From Felis catus (Eukaryota), in assembly GCF_018350175.1 (NCBI RefSeq), contig NC_058368.1:216630001-216694000 (forward strand): 64,000 nucleotides of DNA. Reading direction: 5' to 3'. Both the position numbers and the translations under genes were made by a program. How positions within the stretch are numbered: the first letter of the stretch is position 1; each line of letters starts with the position of its first letter. Positions 51,970-64,000 of this stretch are shown here, piece after piece. Under the pieces are notes generated by a model. That model worked only from the letters and a program-made list of their open reading frames with translations. It made no database searches and was not told the DNA's origin.

Positions 51970-52280
51970 ATAATCATACCTGACAGATGACAGTTGGTAG
52001 CTGGTCTAGCTGCTCTCTGATAGGTCATGTGGTTCCCCTACTGACATTAACAATTTTGCAGGACATAAATATCTGACTAGAAATTTCTGTGACATGGGTA
52101 CAACAAAAAACAAATAACTCATGATCATTTCTAATTAGACACTGGAAACAAAGTTACTACACAACCACTAAAATGACCAAACATTCCCACGTTTGTTCCA
52201 TGGGGTAGTGTCCCTTGTTTCTCCAAGTAATAAATCCAACTTTGGCTACATGTATGTTCCTGGAGTCTTGGTTTTTGACA
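51970..52280 (+). mobile_element. ERV1 solo LTR remnant (LTR37-like)
   Basis: AAAATGACCAAACATTCC...AATAAATCCAACTTTG..ACATGTATGTTCCTGG...TTGACA end. Confidence 0.55.
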
Positions 52281-55200
52281 TCAAATGGAGTGAAATATGA
52301 ATCCAAAATTATTTTTTTCAGATAACAATCTCTTTTATCGGTATCTCACTATAGTTTATTTGCCAACCCTAGAATACAAACTAATGTATGTGATCATTAG
52401 CATAATAAAGGTAAATAAAATTAGGAAGGTATCACACAGGACAAAGCATCCTATACATATTTAAAGCTTAACAATTGATAAATAATCTATAAGTAGTTGA
52501 ATGCATTTGAAAGGGAAAACAAACTGTGCTATCAATACAGATTTGTAATTGATCCCCCTTTTTTTAGCATTACAATACACCTATACAGAAAAGAATGCCC
52601 AAATGATTTGGTAAGACATTTATGTTTTTGCCACCTTAATTTTTATAAACCCTACAAAGGTTATATATTTACATTATAAAAGACAACAGAAATAATTTAA
52701 GTTTGGACATTTTCTGAAAACAATTTAACTTAAAACTATTTTAAGAGTTGGATTGTTTATCAAACTAACAATCAGAAGAGAAAGTCTCTTTAAATTGAAT
52801 GGATTAAATTAAAATACATGTAGTAATGATTTTATAATTTTCAGGATTAATAATAAACCTACTCAAGATCAGTCACAAGCACTTCTACAATAATTATTTA
52901 TATCTATCTTTGATAGATTGATCAATCTATTCATTTATTTATTTTAGTTCAACACCCATTGTAATAATTTTCTGAAGATATATTATGTCAAAAAGTAATT
53001 CCCTAACTGCTCATAATCTATTTTTTTTCCATGATCTGTTTTTGATCCAAGAAATATACCCAACTAAGCATATATCTATATATCATGTGTTAAAATTAAA
53101 GTGAGAATTTTACTGTCTTCCATTTTTGCTAATGGTCCTAACATAAGGCATTAGTCAGAACAATTTGGAGTTTTATCACAATATTACAAATTGGCCACTC
53201 TTTTCAATCAATATTTGTGTGAAGCTTTACTAAAATTTTTAGAGTACATGCTTTATCCGTCATTGTCATAATTCTAGTAAAATTGTAAAAGCAAGATATT
53301 GACAAGAACCCAAATACCAGAGTCCCTTTGGCCATCTTCCAGCAGATTTCATGAAGCTAACTTGCAAAACATTTTAAATATGTTCCTCATACTACATACT
53401 ATGTGCTTATTCTTGGTATAGGATAAAACCTTTCTTTGGTGGAACTTTATGACTCTACCAGTAACAAAGAATCACTTGATTTTGTGTTCACATTGTAGGA
53501 AATTACAAAATAACTCTTCTCATGACAGAAGTAAGCATTTTACTGGAACCATTACAAATATCTTTGTAAAGCTTTGGCAATTAAGAAGAAATTTAATTGT
53601 CCCAATCACATCCAATCTTTGGAAAAGGTGGTAAGCACAAATTGAATTCTGAAACCAAAATTGGTAGAGCTTTCAGAGGCTCTAAACTTTCATGGCCTAA
53701 GGTATTGCTATTGCTTTAAATGACAGCGAGATCAACACCTTCTGGGTTTGCTACCCCCTTTAAAAATCACAAAGAGGCCACCCCATGTTTCTGAGAATAT
53801 CACGCCAATTCTAATTTTCATACTCTGACAAGCAAACGTGAACAAATATCGCGTACGATGCTGTATAAAATATTGCCACCAGCTGTGGGCAGCCATTCCT
53901 AACATCTGAGCTAACCTCCGCATGAACAAAATCTGGACAACTGGTCTCTGAATTAATATCAGAGAAAGACATTATTTGAACCCTGCTGGAAAAATCCTGA
54001 CCAGATACTATGAGCCATCATCACATCAGCACAGTCCAAGAATTCTGCCCTTACGTCAAGGTTGGGTCATGCGGAAACATAAGTAATTCTCGACTCACTT
54101 GATGATTGTGAAGATTATCAAGGTCAAGCTGAAGATTGTTAGAAACGTTCCAGAAGCAAATAGTCTTCAGGAGTTACATAGGTTCCACTCAGGATCCAGA
54201 GAACAAAATCCACAGAGCTAGAATTACATATTGAACTTTAACATGCATGCCTGCATGTGTCGTTTGTTTTTTCCTAGCTACTTTCTTTTCTTTTTGCTGG
54301 TTTAAGATTTTGGACAATTCATAAGCAGACATCTGTTATCTGTAAGCCTCACATTTTTAAAATTACTTTCTGCTTTCTAATTTACTTTCTGGCATAAGAA
54401 GACTAGTTGTAATTTCATCATGATTTGGCCCAAGGGAATGATGAATCTTACTTGTTACATTTGTGCACACTTTCTTTTTAGAACCACCCATTGTTTTTTT
54501 TAGGTTCCCATGATACCAGTGTCTTTTGGTAATCAGTTGGTTTCCTGTGAAATTGGCTCAACCACTAAGTGATTTTTTACATGGCAAACACTATAATAAA
54601 CCAGACATCCAGGAATCTAGAATATTAATAATTCAAGGAAAATTCTGAAATGTTTTTCTGTCCTTAAGCCTCTGCAAATTATGCTTTGTAAGAGGCCCAC
54701 ACAGTATAGAGAGTACTATATGCCATAGGTTGGAAGATAGCAAGAGAACTCAGTAAAGCTTCCGAGGTCACAGAACTCTTTGCCCCAAGGGCTCATTAAG
54801 TTAAACGTTAGTTTGGAACAGGTCTTTATAGATACAGTATCGGCTTCTCAATAAGGCGTGCATGCTCTTTTAAGAGAAGAATATTGTGTTTGCATCCATA
54901 CAGACCTTTGGAAGATTCTCTATGGATACAGACACAATATTCTTCCCAGATCTGAGAAACACACAAAAAAATTATATAGATTTTTTTTAAAATAATGCCA
55001 TGTGTTTCTGTGGGCTCTTCATATTGAAGGTAAGATCTGTTCTCTTGGCTTAATTTAGGCACTTTGAGCCTTGGCTTAAACCCGACTCACAGGCTCTGAT
55101 AACAATCCTTCTTTTAGTATTTTATGTGTTGCTGTGTTCATCTGTGTGGCCATTAGAATCTTAAATGCTCTTATGACGCTGCTATCCTATTGAATGATCC

Positions 55201-57385
55201 AATAACTGACCTTCCAAGCAAAAAACAAGAAAATTGGACCTTCATAGAGGTTGAAACGAACATCCTCAAATATTTAGTATGTGATTACACCACTTTATTA
55301 GAAATGAAGAAATGCACTTATCACTTCTCCAGATGCTGATGTTCTACCCTTTGGCTTAACCTAAAGAGTGATGATAAAAGGTGATACTGAGAACCAAATC
55401 CGTCCATACCCACCCACCCACCTTAATGTCTTCATTAATACAATCTATTACTCCATTCTTCACATTAGCACGTCCATACTAGTCTAGAAAACATTTGTTC
55501 AGGAAGATGACATTGTATGTAACTGTTATTGTTTGCTAAAAAACTTTCAGAAAGTATTCAACTGCTAAAAATCAAAGCTCTGTTAGGATGAAGGACTCTG
55601 CAAGATGTGTCTCTCATGGGCTTGACTACTGACGACTCTGTGTCCACCAATCCTGAATTATTATATTATGCACTTTTCCAACTCTCATCAAGACATCACA
55701 CTGGAAGCCTCACCTTAAGTCAGGATCCCAACCAACCGCAAATATATTCTGTCTTTTCCCATTCTTTACAAGATTCTCTCAAGGATTAATCTCCACTATT
55801 ATGGTAAGCAATAAATGTCACTTTGCTTTATCAACAGATTGTTCCAGGGAGTCAATATTTGGCAATTTCAAATGCTTGGCTGGGAGAAAAATAGAAGCAA
55901 AGAGATCAACTAGGACTTTCATATCAGTAGGTTCTTTGGACAAATGTGGGACAAAGGTGAGTTAACTAAGAGGATGAACTTTCCTTTTGCTGGTGAAACT
56001 TTTACCTGATCAAAAATTGCATATGCATTAGAAGAAACATATCTTCAAACACAGTAATGCAAAATATATTGTGTATCTATACAAATCATATACATATATT
56101 TATTTTTATATATGCCGTACATTTTCATAAGATTCCAAGTACCTGGCTGAATAATATAGTGGGGGGGAGGTGGCATGATAGAATTGCCTATGCGCATTAA
56201 GTTACATTATCACTTCTCCCATCTTTGAAAACAAAAAAAATGATAGAGCATTCCATGGCTGCATTAATAAAATAGTTTGAAAGTTTGCATATATTCTGCT
56301 TAGTTCCTCACTTGCATTCCCAGAGCAATAAAATCTACAAGAATAAATGTTCCATTCAAATCAAATGAAGTATCATTTACAATTTTTTTTTTGCCTCATA
56401 TATATATATTTTTTTAAAAAGTACTTGTGAAGACAGACATACCTGTGATTAAGCTTCAGGGAAATTTGAAATGAAGTATAATATATCTCATAGAATTTTC
56501 AGTGGAAAAGCATAAGTAAACTCGGTGTCTGAAATTTTAGAACACAGATATTTTACTGTGTCTTATAGGCTTTCAACCTTATATTGAATATCCATTTTTT
56601 TTTAATTTTTTATTTGAGTAGATTATGAAACTCCTAAAATTTGTAAAAATGCATCAGGATGTACACTTGATGTTATTTAGATTTTTGCGTGATGCCACAA
56701 TGTAAATAATAAAAGAAAATGTTAGTGGTAGATTCTTCATGAATATGAAAAAATAATCATTTCCCTTTTTGCAAATTAACTTCATTTCTTTGAGGGTCGA
56801 GTATGTAAAGAGACATCTCATACCAGGAGTTTCTGCCTGATTTATTATGTATCTTCCTAGGTGTCCTAGCAAGGTGAGAGAGCAAGAAAAGCAGATGGAA
56901 AACAGCAGGTACACATTTTTTGATGTGAGAAACTCATTCATGATGATGACACTATTACCGTTGAAGACGGAAACAATGAAATGTAATTTAAGGTGAGTAA
57001 GCAATAGAAGTGCCATAAATCAAAGTAAATGAATGCCAGCTCTGTCTGAAGAATAAAAACAGTGATGGTGTATTTCATTCAGATATAACTACTCTCTCAA
57101 AAGTAAAATGGAATCTAATGACCTCCTTAATAACAATTAAATGGTTGCTTATTAACAGGAATTTCTCTATTATCATCTTAAAAGTGCAAGCAGGTGTGAC
57201 AGTACTGTTTAAGACAGTACTTGCTTTGAAAAAGCTATTGAATCGGCATTATTCTTACTCTAAAACAGTATCAACATTGAGATATCAGAAAAAAATATAT
57301 ATGTTCTTACAATTGTCCTAACCAAGATATTTATCATACTTTCACTATATTCCATTTGGATGTTTAAATAGCATTCATAGCTTTC

Positions 57386-57596
57386 TTTTTTTTAATGTTT
57401 ATCTATTTCTTTGAGAGAGACAGAGACAGAATGCAAGTGGGTTAGGGGCAGAGAGGGAGGGACACAGAAGCAGAAGGAGGCTCCAGGTTCTGAGCTGTCA
57501 ACACAGAGCCTGACGCAGGACTTGAACTCATGAGCTGTGAGATCATGACCTGAGCCGAAGTCGGACGCTTAACCAACTGAGCCACCCAGGTGGCCC
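57386..57596 (-). mobile_element. Can-SINE (feliform type)
   Basis: Complete antisense SINE; degenerate TSD TAG(C/A)TTTCT. Confidence 0.95.
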
Positions 57597-58069
57597 TAGA
57601 TTTCTAGTCTCCTGGTCCTAGATTTCTGGGATCATCTGAAGTCCATTTCTCTTCCATTTCAGAGCATAGAATTATACACAATGCCACATGAGCGTTTACT
57701 CTTTGTTGAATCTGGAGATGGTCTTATTCTTAGCCAAATGGACTCCTTGCATTTCAATATAGTTATTGTTAATGAAATGCTACATGCTCAGTTCATTATA
57801 TATTCTGAAACTTGTATCTTTAATTCTTGACCAGATGTGGCAAATTCTCTTCAGTTACTACGTTAAGATACATTGTGAAGCCAAAATGGCATTGTCAAAA
57901 ACAAATGTCTCAAAATAAAACAAACAGACAAACAAATAAGTTTGGGGTAAACTGAAAGAGGGGTAAGCATGGCTGACAGGAACTTATATTTGTGGAGAGC
58001 TGGAGTTAATCATCAAGATGATTTAATGGGACATATTTATCTCTGCTCTCAGAATGAGCAATTAAAGGA

Positions 58070-59600
58070 AGATGTTTTCTCTACTAAGCTTCAGTGAGCT
58101 CAAGTTCAGGGTTCTGTGGAGAGGACAGAAGTCCAATGTTTGGTCAAGCCAAATAACAGGTAGTTCTGAGCACTTGGCAAACAGAAATATACTGCTTTAA
58201 TTGAAGCCCAGTAATTATAGAATCTGTATAGGAAGTTATGAGAATTTTTAAGACAGTTAAGTTAGATTTCACAGAATTAAATCACAGCTGCATGTATCGA
58301 TGACATTTATCTATATTATTTATAAGTGACAGCTCATGTATTCAATATAATATTTCATTTTTTGCACATTTCATTACTGTCTTACCTCAGGCTGCTATAG
58401 CAAAATACCATAAACTGGCTGGCTTAACCAACATTTATTTTTCATAGTTTGGGAGGCTAGAAGTCTGAAATCAGAGTGCAACACATTCAAGTTTGGGTGA
58501 GAATCCTCTTTTGGGTGCCAGGCTGCCCACTTTTCATTTATCCTCATGCGGTGGAGAGAGAGCCCTGGTCCCTTCATTACCTTATAGGGAAATCTTTTCC
58601 ATTCGTGAGGGCCCACACTCATGACCTAATTATCTCCCAAAGGCCCCATTTCCGAAAACTATCACATTGGGGATTAAGTTACAACATACTAATTTTAGGG
58701 GGACACAAATATTCAGATCATAACAGTTGCTCATATATTATGTATATATTATACTATCTATTTTAGCAATACTCTATTACAAACACTTATGAAATAAACC
58801 AAACACAGAAATTGGAAAAGACACAAACATTTAGACTTCTTACTAAGCTCTTTTCACACGATAACTCTATTTATGAAAAGAATACACGCTTTGAAAAATC
58901 AGCAGCATTTTAACTTAAAATAACATATAAATAATTTTTATACAACGAAGACATCTTAGTGAAAGAAAAGGGCTATGCTCATATTAGTGATTTCTTAGAC
59001 ATGCATTTGGCTAATAGAAATCTTTTAATTTTGGATAGAACAAAATACGATAATTTAAAATAAGAACATATTCCGTTGTTATAAAATAGCATACCTATCA
59101 CTTTACTGTTGCTATAATAATTGACTTTCATATCTACTTCAAAGTGGAAATTTGTAGTTTAAAAATTTTAAACGCTAAATAATTTTTAATCCATGTGATT
59201 ATCATATGAGTACTTGTTATAAAATTTTAAAGTCCATAGGTTTAAAAGGAGACTTATTAGAATATCATATTCTTGAAAGTATGGTGAAATCTCTCTTTGC
59301 CAAATACAATTTCTTCCAATTCATCAAGAAATTCCAGTAGTATTATTGGAGGCAGCCCACATATTAAGAAGTATGCCTTTGCTGAGTTAATTTCAGCTTG
59401 TGGAAGGCCAATTCATCAGGCAACTGTATCTATAAAAGTAGAGAAGAACTATCACATTTCAGCAGCCATCTTTCTCCCAAGGCATATGAAATGTTCAAAC
59501 GTATCTTTTAGGCCAAAAAGACTAAAGAGTTGTTTCAAATATGTGACTGAAAACCCAGACATTTCCAGATACTTTTCTGGTTTCTCTATTGTAGTCTTGC
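58070..59600. mobile_element. Possible ancient hAT-Tip100 (Zaphod/MER115-like) fossil, interrupted by MLT1A
   Basis: Terminal-like TACTAAGCTTCAGTGAGCTCAAGTTCAGGG at ~58082; minus strand near 59270-59340 reads EFLDELEEIVFGKERF (coding-like but disrupted). Confidence 0.3.
58378..58725 (-). mobile_element. MaLR solo LTR (MLT1A/MLT1A0-like)
   Basis: TGTCTT..CAGGCTGCTATAGCAAAATACCATAAACTGG...CTCATGACCTAATTATCTCCCAAAGGCCCCA...GGGGGACACAAATATTCAGATCATAACA. Confidence 0.9.
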
Positions 59601-59806
59601 TGGAAGGAAAAAATATAGAGTGGTATAACCTATCTCAAGATTATTCTGAACTTGATTAATTCATTCATTGTTAATATGCTGTGTTTTTACTTAAATATGT
59701 TTTGATCATACCTTTTGTCTTGTTACTCTTTGCTTCTCAAAAACATTTAAAAAGTAATTGAAACTGAACACTAATGATTTGTTTGGTATTTCTATTGAAA
59801 TTGGGT

Positions 59807-59835
59807 TTTGTTGTTTGTTTGTTTGTTTGTTTGTT
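59807..59835. repeat. (TTTG)n simple repeat
   Basis: Direct read. Confidence 0.85.
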
Positions 59836-60768
59836 TTTCTCCTTACCTTCATCCAAAATAAGGTCTGCAGGGTCACCACGGCAATTAGTCTAGCCTACCA
59901 GACAGTAAGCCTCTTATATTTTACAAGATTCACTGCAGGAAAACATAAATGTGCAATAGGCTCTAACAGAGCCCAAAAATCCAATTAAAAGAAAAAATTG
60001 TACTTGGTATCATAGATCACAAGAGGTCAGTAGATGGAATTTAGTTGACATGTATATACATCTGCATTTCAGGAAATGGGTCATAAGGAAAAACACAGCA
60101 TGTTTATGTTTACTTTGTTACAAAGTATGTGGTTTCAAATGTAAAATGAATCAGAAACAAATCAGCTAGTTCATTTTCTTGACTTGAAGCCAAGTAAAGA
60201 GATTTTCAAGAAATGTAAACTAAGTAGAAATGTATGGCTCCAATAAAAATGGTTGTATAAGAGGTTTTTGGACAGTATCAGTTTAAGGGAATAATGTTAA
60301 TCCTAACCTACTATGTGGAAAGCTTTGTCAGAAATCTGTGTGTTTTTCTGATACTTGATGAGTATGACACAGGTTCAAATTGTTATATGTATTGAAATCC
60401 TATTCAGTTTTATTTAAATAATTGTTATTTTATATCAAATCAAAAGTATTATCTACATAAGTTTGAAGACAAAGAATATAATGTGCAAAATACTATACAC
60501 CCCTCAAATCAAAGTTTGATGCTGATCATAAAATATAATGTTCATAATTAAAAGTTCATATAATGACAAATATTCTCCTTAACTTCTAAAGAACTACTTT
60601 TCATGATAGTGATATATATTATGTTATTTCTCCTTATACATTTAATAGAGTTTCGTTTTCTAAAAACTGGCAAACAGAAACATATAAGTACGCATAAATT
60701 CCTGAAATACATCAATATAGAACCACTTTTAGAGATTCATGTTGTTTCTTTTAAAATGCTCTTTCCTT

Positions 60769-60990
60769 GAGGTGGCTGGTTGGATCAGTTGGTTAAGCGA
60801 CTGACTTCGAATCAGGTCATGATCTCACAGTTCATGGGTTTGAGCCCCGCATCAGGCTCTGTGCTGACAGCTCAGAGACTGGAGCCTACTTCAGATTCTG
60901 TGTGTCCCCCTCTCTCTACCCCTCCCCTGCTCACGCTCTGTCTCCCTGTCTCTCAATAATAAATAAATGTTAATAAATTAAAAAAAAAAC
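60769..60990 (+). mobile_element. Can-SINE (feliform type)
   Basis: Degenerate TSD TTTTAAAATG(CT/TC)CT(T/C)TCCTT on both sides. Confidence 0.95.
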
Positions 60991-62040
60991 TTTTAAAATG
61001 TCCTCTCCTTTTTTTTTTTTGATGCTCTTTCTGGCTACCCAGACACACACATGATTCACATTATTATGTTCTGTTCTGTTCTGTATGTTATGTTATTATC
61101 TTATTAAAATATATCACTATTTAATATTTGCATAATCTTCTCTTGAATCTATAGTCAATAATCATGTACTGAACTCTTAAAAATTTGTTATAGAGAAGAA
61201 TTCATGTCAGATGATCTCACTGAAATAAAGCAAAAAGGAAAAGAAAAACATAAAACGATCAAATAAAGTAGAATTTTATTTCATTTTAGATTCAGAAACA
61301 TGTAGTATGATAATATAATAAACAGACATCAAGGGTGTTAAGATTCTTCCATTTTTTTCACAAGCGTGTTTTACATTTAAGCAATCATCAAAATTGACTT
61401 CCTTTTCTACGACAAGGATCAAATATTATGAGCTTTCACCAGCAACTTTGCCTTCTCTTTGTTCTTATGTCAAGCTGTTACCTGGTGAGTTATGCAGAGA
61501 AGAATAAAAAGAATGACATAAATTAGCTTTATCTGTAAAATCCTGTCATACTTTTCCTTTATTCTTTAATTTATAGTGGCTTAGCACAGTCTTTACTGGT
61601 CAGGCAGAGGAAAACTAAAGCAGGCAGGAGATACGTGTGCCTTCCTACATGCTCATGAATATGCTTCCGTTAGTCAGACTTATAAAAAGTAATGTCCAAC
61701 CTTTAAGGAACAACAAGCGATATTCCAGGTGAATGACAACGTAATACCCGCACCCAAGTGCACTGCTGTTACTCCCCGTGATTCCTAATCACAACTTCTA
61801 TACCAGTGTGAGAAGAAAGCAAAGAGCTATCGTATTGACTGGAATTCTAGTAAAATCTCAACTATCTCAAAATCAAAAGAATTTTTCTGAATATCAGGGT
61901 GAGGAAATAAAAGACATGCAATTTTTATCTAGTATAAATATCCTTGCTTTGGAGATCTTCACTCAGGGACAATATGAAAACTTGTCGAAGTACCAATAAA
62001 GTGTTTCAGACTGATGAAGAGTTGGGGTAAGTAATGGCGC

Positions 62041-62409
62041 TCTCAGTTTTTAAGAGTCTCTATGCTTTGGCTCCCTCCCTCTCTAACTTTTTTTTTTTTT
62101 CTCTTTCCCGTCTCCCATGGTCTTCTGTTAAGTTTCTCAGGATCCACATAAGAGTGAAAACATATGGCATCTGTCTTTCTCTGTAAGACTTATTTCACTT
62201 AGCATAACACTCTCCAGTCCCATCCACGTTGCTACAAAAAGCGATATTTCATTCTTTCTCCTTGCCACAATCTGAGGGTTGATGGGGGGTGGGAGGGAGG
62301 GAAGGGTGGGTGAGGAGGACACCAGTTGGGATGAGCACTGGGTGTTGTATGGAAACCAATCTGACAATAAGTTTCATATTAAAAAATAATAAAAAATAAA
62401 AATAAATGA
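62041..62409 (+). mobile_element. Young felid L1 3' end with 5' inversion (62041-62266 reads on -)
   Basis: Antisense segment encodes the ORF2 C-terminus (KNEISLFVATWMGLESVMLSEIS..EKDRCHMFSLLCGS, ORF track 62137..62367); sense segment TGAGGGTTGATGGGG...GAGCACTGGGTGTTGTATGGAAACCAA...A tail. Confidence 0.93.
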
Positions 62410-62605
62410 AAAAGTAGTGAATTAGGAAAAAAAATGGAACTCTCAAGTTCTGAGATTTTAACCATGTATCCTGCTGCAGTAGCAAATTGAGTAACATATT
62501 TTTGTTATGTTGGATTCTTCTTATGTATGGATTCTTCTAAACTTTTTTTTTCCTTTTAAAAGGATATTGAATAGCTGCTTTGTGCCTTAAAAAAATAGAT
62601 AGTGT

Positions 62606-62750
62606 GGCGCGCCTGGGTGGCTCATTCAGTTAAGTGTCTGACTCTTCATATCAGCTCAGATTGTGATCTCATGGTTGTGAGACCGAGCCCCGCGTAGAGA
62701 GTGGAGCTGCTTAGGATTCTCTCTTTCCAGGTCTCTCTATGCCCCTTCCC

Positions 62751-62781
<31 letters not shown>

Positions 62782-62803
62782 AAACTAAATAAATAAACAT
62801 TCA
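62606..62803 (+). mobile_element. Can-SINE (older subfamily, internal deletion)
   Basis: GGCGCGCCTGGGTGGCTCATTCAG...(CT)n...AAATAAATAAAC. Confidence 0.9.
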
Positions 62804-64000
62804 AAGGAATGGATTAAGTGATGCAATGGAATGATTTCTTGGTTGGAATTCAGCAATACAGAATGGTGCCTGTCATGAGCAAATCAAAGGTCCTTGCTTC
62901 TTGATGGTGACAAATCAAAGAAATTAGCATAAACCAGGACCTGGGGTACATTCTTGATATTTAAAAAGCAAAGCCGAGATGAATAAAGAAAGGCAGTATC
63001 TCTCGCGTACTGCTAACCATTTCTGTGTGTAACAGTGTTCAGAGAACGGGGCAATCCCATCCCTCCACATCCTCAGATTACTGATGACTCAGTCTCCACT
63101 CGAAGACCTCTTCTGGAAGATTTAAGCAACACAAGAATTCACTATCACAAGCTAAAGCTTAGTAATGTACAGGTTCGTGACATAAAGTCATTTCCTCATT
63201 ACTGCACAGGTCACAGTCTCAAGGTCACAACTGTCACCTTATCTTTGCATCTGGGCCAATTAAACACAGTTGGGATAAGTCAAATGTTGTATGAGACAGC
63301 AATATAAAATTACAAAGGAAAGCATTTTTAAAAGAATGACAGTCATTAAGTTTAACCTCAAAAGCTGTTTGATATTAACTTTCTGATTATCTCATTTCAT
63401 CTCTTTTATGATCTCATTCTAAATCACTGCCTTTCAAAAATGAATATTATGTGCCTGTATTAGTGTAAAATAAGCATTTCTGTAATAACCTAAGTGATGT
63501 AATAAATAAGTTTGTCACAATGACTTAATTTTAACCAACAAAATGCAAAATATTTTCTAACGTGGCTTTAACATGCCAAGGAAGTTTACTAAAATCTATG
63601 AATGAAATTTTGACTTAATATTTGAATTTAAATAACCATGAAATGCTTAAGACAAATGTTAAGATCTAGCCAAACATGTGTGAGACATTTCTATGCCCTT
63701 CAGATGCTTAGCAAATTTCTTTTTTCACCTGAATATTTGTGTTGAATTTGCATTATATCAGATTTTGATACTTTTGTTAGATCTCTAAGAGTATTACAGA
63801 ATATCTGAGAGTAGTAGATCAATTGGATTCATTTTACTTTTCAAAACATGAATATACACTTGTGGAACTAAATATGTATCAAAAGAGAATAATTAACATT
63901 GTCTATATCTTGTGTAATTCCGTCTGGATGAATTCAAAAACCAGTTCAAAAATAATTTTTGAGGATTCTCTCCTATGGCATTTCAACATATAGATACTTT

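Noticed and set aside
1..64000. CRISPR array, operon, prophage or other prokaryotic system
   Set aside because: No regularly spaced repeats or dense long ORFs; the sequence is mammalian

Overview
This is AT-rich mammalian genomic DNA, almost certainly felid: it carries many tRNA-derived Can-SINEs of the SINEC_Fc type and carnivore-type L1 3' ends. It is not prokaryotic, and I see no CRISPR array, operon, rRNA or tRNA gene. I cannot support any intact protein-coding exon. Most ORFs in the track are SINE, L1 or microsatellite read-throughs, or chance ORFs. The window looks like a gene desert or a deep intron. Recognisable content: (i) a decayed, 5'-truncated processed pseudogene of CSNK2B (~1530-2258); (ii) about 29 Can-SINE copies or fragments, many with clear target-site duplications (TSDs); (iii) a near-full-length Tigger1 fossil (31000-33270) plus an internally deleted Tigger1 derivative; (iv) L1 fragments of several ages, two of them with twin-priming 5' inversions; (v) solo LTRs, MIR, L2 and MER fossils, and microsatellites. 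The most unusual structure is a SINE flanked exactly by a diverged ~160-175 bp direct duplication (45841-46401), a candidate giant TSD. Also notable is a tail-to-tail SINE pair with overlapping TSDs (13558-14077). I found no convincing new biological system. Repeat family names come from my recollection of consensus sequences and need RepeatMasker/Dfam confirmation. Boundaries of old repeats are approximate.
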